Part shown: piece after piece, positions 61,575 through 64,000 of the stretch | Layout of the letters: each line of letters starts with the position of its first letter | Numbering within the stretch: position 1 is the first letter of the stretch | Source: Promethearchaeota archaeon | Lineage (GTDB): Archaea > Asgardarchaeota > Lokiarchaeia > Sigyniarchaeales > SOKP01 | Length of the DNA: 64,000 nucleotides | Assembly (NCBI GenBank): GCA_048940805.1 | Contig: JBHLOF010000007.1 | Location: forward strand, 287-64,286 | Reading direction: 5' to 3' | Position numbers and translations under genes: made by a program | Notes under the pieces: generated by a model | The model's database searches: none | What the model was told of the DNA's origin: nothing | What the model saw: only the letters and a program-made list of their open reading frames with translations

Positions 61575-62387
61575 ATGCTTTTTCAAAATATTATTGATAT
61601 TATTTTTGGATGGATTTTTGATAATTTATTTAACATCATATTAGTCGCTGCTGCAATTTTAATCGGCTGGATCATTTTTGTGATCTTTAAGAAGCAAATT
61701 AAAAGACTCCAGAGGCAAGAAAAATTAGAGGAACAGACTGCAAGAAATTTACTACGAATTGTAAAAATTGTGATTATATTAGTCATCATAAGTATGATTT
61801 TGGTTCAATTTGTAGAGGCAATTGGTTTAATTACTTCATTATTCACACTTGTTGGAGGTACAATTATTGGTTTTGCAGCAATTAGTACTTTTGGAAATGC
61901 AATCGCAGGAATAATTATTATGACAAGTAGACCTTTTGTTGTGGGTGATCATATTATTTACAATAATAAAATTGCAAGAGTTCATGTAATCAAATTAATT
62001 TTTACATCATTAATTGATTTCGATGGAGTTAAGATTTCGATACCGAATCAGAAATTATTAGCAGAAGAAACCGAAAATCTTGGAAAGAAAGATGTAATTC
62101 GCAGAAAAATAAAAATCACTGCTGATTATAATGAAGATCATAAAAAGGTAGAAAATGCATTACTTGAAGCAGCCAATTCGGTCCCAAATGTATTGAATGA
62201 CCCAAAACCATTTGTATCAATAACAGGATTTCAGAATTTTGCCATTGAATATACCTTATTCGTATTTATTAATGATGTAAAATTACTGATGGAGATAGAA
62301 GCCAATTTAAGATTAAGTGTTTTAAACTCTGTAAACAAATACGGTATAGACATTAGTACTCCAAGTATAGTAAAAACAGTAGAATAA
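61575..62387 (+). CDS. mscS: Small-conductance mechanosensitive channel
   Basis: Three TM segments, GFA..NAIAG, RPFVVGD, IPN. Confidence 0.88.
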   Translation: MLFQNIIDIIFGWIFDNLFNIILVAAAILIGWIIFVIFKKQIKRLQRQEKLEEQTARNLLRIVKIVIILVIISMILVQFVEAIGLITSLFTLVGGTIIGFAAISTFGNAIAGIIIMTSRPFVVGDHIIYNNKIARVHVIKLIFTSLIDFDGVKISIPNQKLLAEETENLGKKDVIRRKIKITADYNEDHKKVENALLEAANSVPNVLNDPKPFVSITGFQNFAIEYTLFVFINDVKLLMEIEANLRLSVLNSVNKYGIDISTPSIVKTVE

Positions 62388-62417
62388 TCAAATCGGAGTG
62401 GAAGGTAAGTTAGTCAT

Positions 62418-63491
62418 ATTTCAAGGATTTTAGGTAAAGGTAGGAAAAAATCAAAAAAGATAGGAACGCCTCCAGGAACATTAATATACACTGGAGAAAA
62501 ACCAAAAATAACACCTAAAATTACATTGATTGATTACAATGAAGAAAAATATTCTATTAATGAAGACATTAGGCTTGAAAGCGAGATATCGATAATCAAA
62601 GAGGGTATTATTAGATGGGTCAATATTACAGGTATATCGGATGAAAAAATAGTTGATGTCATTGGTAAATACTTTAACCTCCATCCACTCGTTTTAGAAG
62701 ATATCTTGAATCCTGACCAACGCCCTAAATTTGAGGATTATGGAGATTATATTTTTATTGTTTTAAAGAGAATTTTATGGCATGAGAGAAAAGAGATTTT
62801 TGAATTTGAACAAATCAGTTTAATTTTCGGACATAATTATGTGATATCCTTCTCAGAATACGAGAGTGATGTTTTCAATCCAATTTTAACCAGAATTGAA
62901 ACTGCAAAAGGCAGAATAAGAAAAATGAACGCCGATTATTTAACCTACACTTTAATTGATGTGGTTGTGGACAATTATTTTACTGTTTTAGAAGATATCA
63001 GAGAAATCATAGATACATTAGAAGACAATTTAATTAAAAGTCCTGAACCTGATGTTTTACAAGCAATTCATAAATTAAAAAGGAATATAATAGATTTAAG
63101 AAGATTAATTTGGCCATTAAGAGAGTTATTAGGTAAAATTCAAAGGGAATCATCTAAACTCATTAGTGATGAGTTAAATATTTACTATCGTGATGTTTAT
63201 GATCACGTATTCAGAATTAGCGAACTATTAGATAATTATCGAGACATTATGTTTGGAATGTTGGATATGTATCTTTCAAGTGTTAGTAACAGAATGAACG
63301 ACATTATGAAAGTTTTAACAATGATTTCTACAATTTTTATCCCGTTATCTTTTTTGGCGGGATTTTACGGGATGAATTTTATAGATGTTCCAGAATTTTC
63401 CGCTCCCTTTGCTTATCCAGTGATTATCATAGTTATGATAATTATTGCTGTATCAATGGTTATGTACTTTAGAAAGAAAAAATGGATTTAG
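62418..63491 (+). CDS. corA: Mg/Co transporter CorA; start moved upstream, probably to ATT 62418 (357 aa)
   Basis: YGMNF signature, LHPLVLEDI, QRPK; KKIGTPPGTLIYTG lies in frame upstream of the track start. Confidence 0.9.
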   Translation: MSRILGKGRKKSKKIGTPPGTLIYTGEKPKITPKITLIDYNEEKYSINEDIRLESEISIIKEGIIRWVNITGISDEKIVDVIGKYFNLHPLVLEDILNPDQRPKFEDYGDYIFIVLKRILWHERKEIFEFEQISLIFGHNYVISFSEYESDVFNPILTRIETAKGRIRKMNADYLTYTLIDVVVDNYFTVLEDIREIIDTLEDNLIKSPEPDVLQAIHKLKRNIIDLRRLIWPLRELLGKIQRESSKLISDELNIYYRDVYDHVFRISELLDNYRDIMFGMLDMYLSSVSNRMNDIMKVLTMISTIFIPLSFLAGFYGMNFIDVPEFSAPFAYPVIIIVMIIIAVSMVMYFRKKKWI

Positions 63492-63515
63492 TCATATTCT
63501 TTTTTTATTTAATTT

Positions 63516-63537
63516 TCGTGAAATCATCGTTTCACGA
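63516..63537. terminator. 8-bp hairpin between convergent genes
   Basis: TCGTGAAA-tcatcg-TTTCACGA flanked by T-rich and A-rich runs. Confidence 0.4.
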
Positions 63538-63575
63538 TCATGTCATGAAAAAAATTAGTAAGAGCATTGGGAGGT

Positions 63576-64000
63576 TTAAAAATGGATCTTTGTTTTTAAA
63601 AATTCTGCTGGAATAACTTCACGTTTAGATATCAACGCACGAGCCTCATCCACTTTTTCCCATACATTCCATAATAAGACTCCTACTACTCGTTCATCTT
63701 CCAAATAATATACAATACCTTCTTCAAAGGTACCTTTCCAAATCTCAACAGTTTTTAATTTTGAATTTAAAATACCAACAGCCTCATATCCATGATCAAA
63801 TAAATCAGAATAAAAATAAGTTAACTGTTCGAATTTAGTTTCTTTTCCTGCCATATTTAAACCAACTACATAACCCATATTTAAAGCGTTATCTTCATGT
63901 TCCACACGAAGAGGTTTATTAAGTGTTGTATTATGAATACAAGCTACATCCCCAGCAGCATAAACATCCATGATATTTGTTTGGAGGTACTCATTTACTA
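63576..64000 (-). CDS. FAD-dependent oxidoreductase (ferredoxin reductase/AIF-like), C-terminal part, truncated by window edge
   Basis: VNEYLQT..VYAAGD, RVEHEDNA, FYSDL, GYEAVG, GVLLWN; frame open to the window end. Confidence 0.85.
   Translation of the reverse strand, partial: VNEYLQTNIMDVYAAGDVACIHNTTLNKPLRVEHEDNALNMGYVVGLNMAGKETKFEQLTYFYSDLFDHGYEAVGILNSKLKTVEIWKGTFEEGIVYYLEDERVVGVLLWNVWEKVDEARALISKREVIPAEFLKTKIHF

Noticed and set aside
2576-62684. Many short ORFs overlapping longer genes (e.g. 2576-2842, 13955-14263, 29224-29550, 39394-39747, 45087-45452, 53501-54025)
   Set aside because: They lie antisense or out of frame to well-supported genes and show no motifs; treated as shadow ORFs
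1-64000. Selenoprotein/SECIS, tRNA, rRNA, CRISPR, transposase, integrase or provirus
   Set aside because: By eye I found no in-frame TGA at a catalytic Cys position, no spaced repeats, no long GC-rich structured RNA and no mobile-element motifs; a covariance-model search was not possible

Overview
About 64 kb of AT-rich, gene-dense archaeal chromosome, most likely Asgard (Lokiarchaeia-like). This is inferred from two stand-alone small GTPases, longin-like domains, an LRR protein, an IPGF-type C-terminal sorting signal, and archaeal markers (AfpA, NreA, PAC2, DUF2070). It carries a tungstate/molybdopterin operon (tupABC-moaC-moaA-moaD-moaE-moeA-moaB-moeA), an aldehyde:ferredoxin oxidoreductase, transporters and many hydrolases and membrane proteins. 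I saw no rRNA, tRNA, CRISPR array or mobile element. Main observations: (1) a MoxR AAA+ gene ends in G_GAT_TTT, whose -1 frame runs into a VWA gene, a candidate chlD-like programmed frameshift; (2) up to four genes (tupC, moaE, corA, perhaps the VWA gene) seem to need ATT/ATA start codons; (3) a coupled pair of coiled-coil plus winged-helix paralogs; (4) a small GTPase coupled to a longin-like/wHTH protein; (5) a receptor-like surface protein with a cytoplasmic longin-like domain; (6) ModE-like, DtxR-like and palindromic operators. All protein assignments come from motif recognition by eye, not database searches.
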